Notes under the pieces: generated by a model | The model's database searches: none | The model's input: only the letters and a program-made list of their open reading frames with translations | What the model was told of the DNA's origin: nothing | DNA from: Podarcis tiliguerta | Taxonomy: Eukaryota | Assembly (NCBI GenBank): GCA_965153285.1 | Contig: OZ229111.1 | DNA: 64,000 nt | Reading direction: 5' to 3' (one strand) | Shown here: positions 63,297 through 64,000 of the stretch, one piece after another | How positions within the stretch are numbered: position 1 is the stretch's first letter | How the letters are laid out: each line of letters begins with the position of its first letter | Made by a program: the position numbers and the translations under genes

Positions 63297-64000
63297 GCCC
63301 CTTCTTGCCTTGCGGTCCCTCTGCTCCTACCCAGATAATAGCTAGAGTTCCTAGCACTTGGGCCTTAAAAACCTTAGATTCAATGCCTCCATCTAACAAC
63401 AAGGGAAATCTCAGAAAATTTAAACAGTGAAGAACACATGCTACTAATTTTCGAAGCTTGGCCTCTGGTGCTGTGAACAGCCAGCTTGCAGCCAAACCCA
63501 CTGAAAAAGTCCTAGGTTTCACCCTCACTTTTTACTCCCATTTCCTCCCCGCCACTTATGTTCCGGTAATTGAACTGGGATACTTGCGCAGAACCTTCTC
63601 TCACATCAGTCAGAGAAAGACAGATCCAATACATATACTCAAAGCAACTTTCAACATTTGGTGGTTCTCACGAGCCAAGTAGTTAAATAAGCCACTTTTT
63701 GCGCGTGTGCTTTCATCAGCAAAGCAGTGGAAGAATGGTTTCCTATCCGTAACCCTTTCATTAAATAATAATATATATATATATTTTTGTAGTAAGTGGT
63801 TAGTGTCAAGGCTCTGGCTAATTGGAGACAAGCACAGGCTGAATCACCTCTGACTATGTATTGTCTGTGCAAATGTACTTGCAAGGACTGGTTGTGATCC
63901 TAAATGAGAACCAAGCTCCGGGAAACATTTCAGGAGAATATACTGAGCACAAATCAAGCTCTGAGGCAATGCAGGAATGCCTATTGGAAGTGGGATGGTA

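Overview
Vertebrate genomic DNA, most likely from a lacertid lizard (Podarcis-type Sauria SINEs, BovB and squamate MITE families). The window is almost entirely intronic/upstream sequence of RBFOX3 (NeuN, RNA-binding Fox-1 homolog 3) on the minus strand. Two well-supported coding exons lie at 1777-2031 (GNQ...MAQPYPP...) and 441-581 (start of the RRM: [23 protein letters not shown]); the rest of the gene lies beyond the left edge. A third coding exon at 46220-46321 (MLCSMANSGCLLVSNSALLPHSLPCPPAFLYLQQ) has a perfect phase-0 donor, would splice in frame across a 44.2 kb intron, and looks like an alternative first exon with its own promoter. The remainder is transposon-derived sequence (Tc1/mariner-type and hAT-type MITEs, SINEs, BovB, L1, L2 and CR1 fragments, a solo LTR with TSD), microsatellites and several candidate conserved non-coding elements. 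The best leads are the alternative N-terminal exon/promoter and a ~2.4 kb unexplained AT-rich segment with decayed reading frames. I see no clearly novel multi-gene system. Repeat family names come from motif recognition, not database searches, and some boundaries are approximate.
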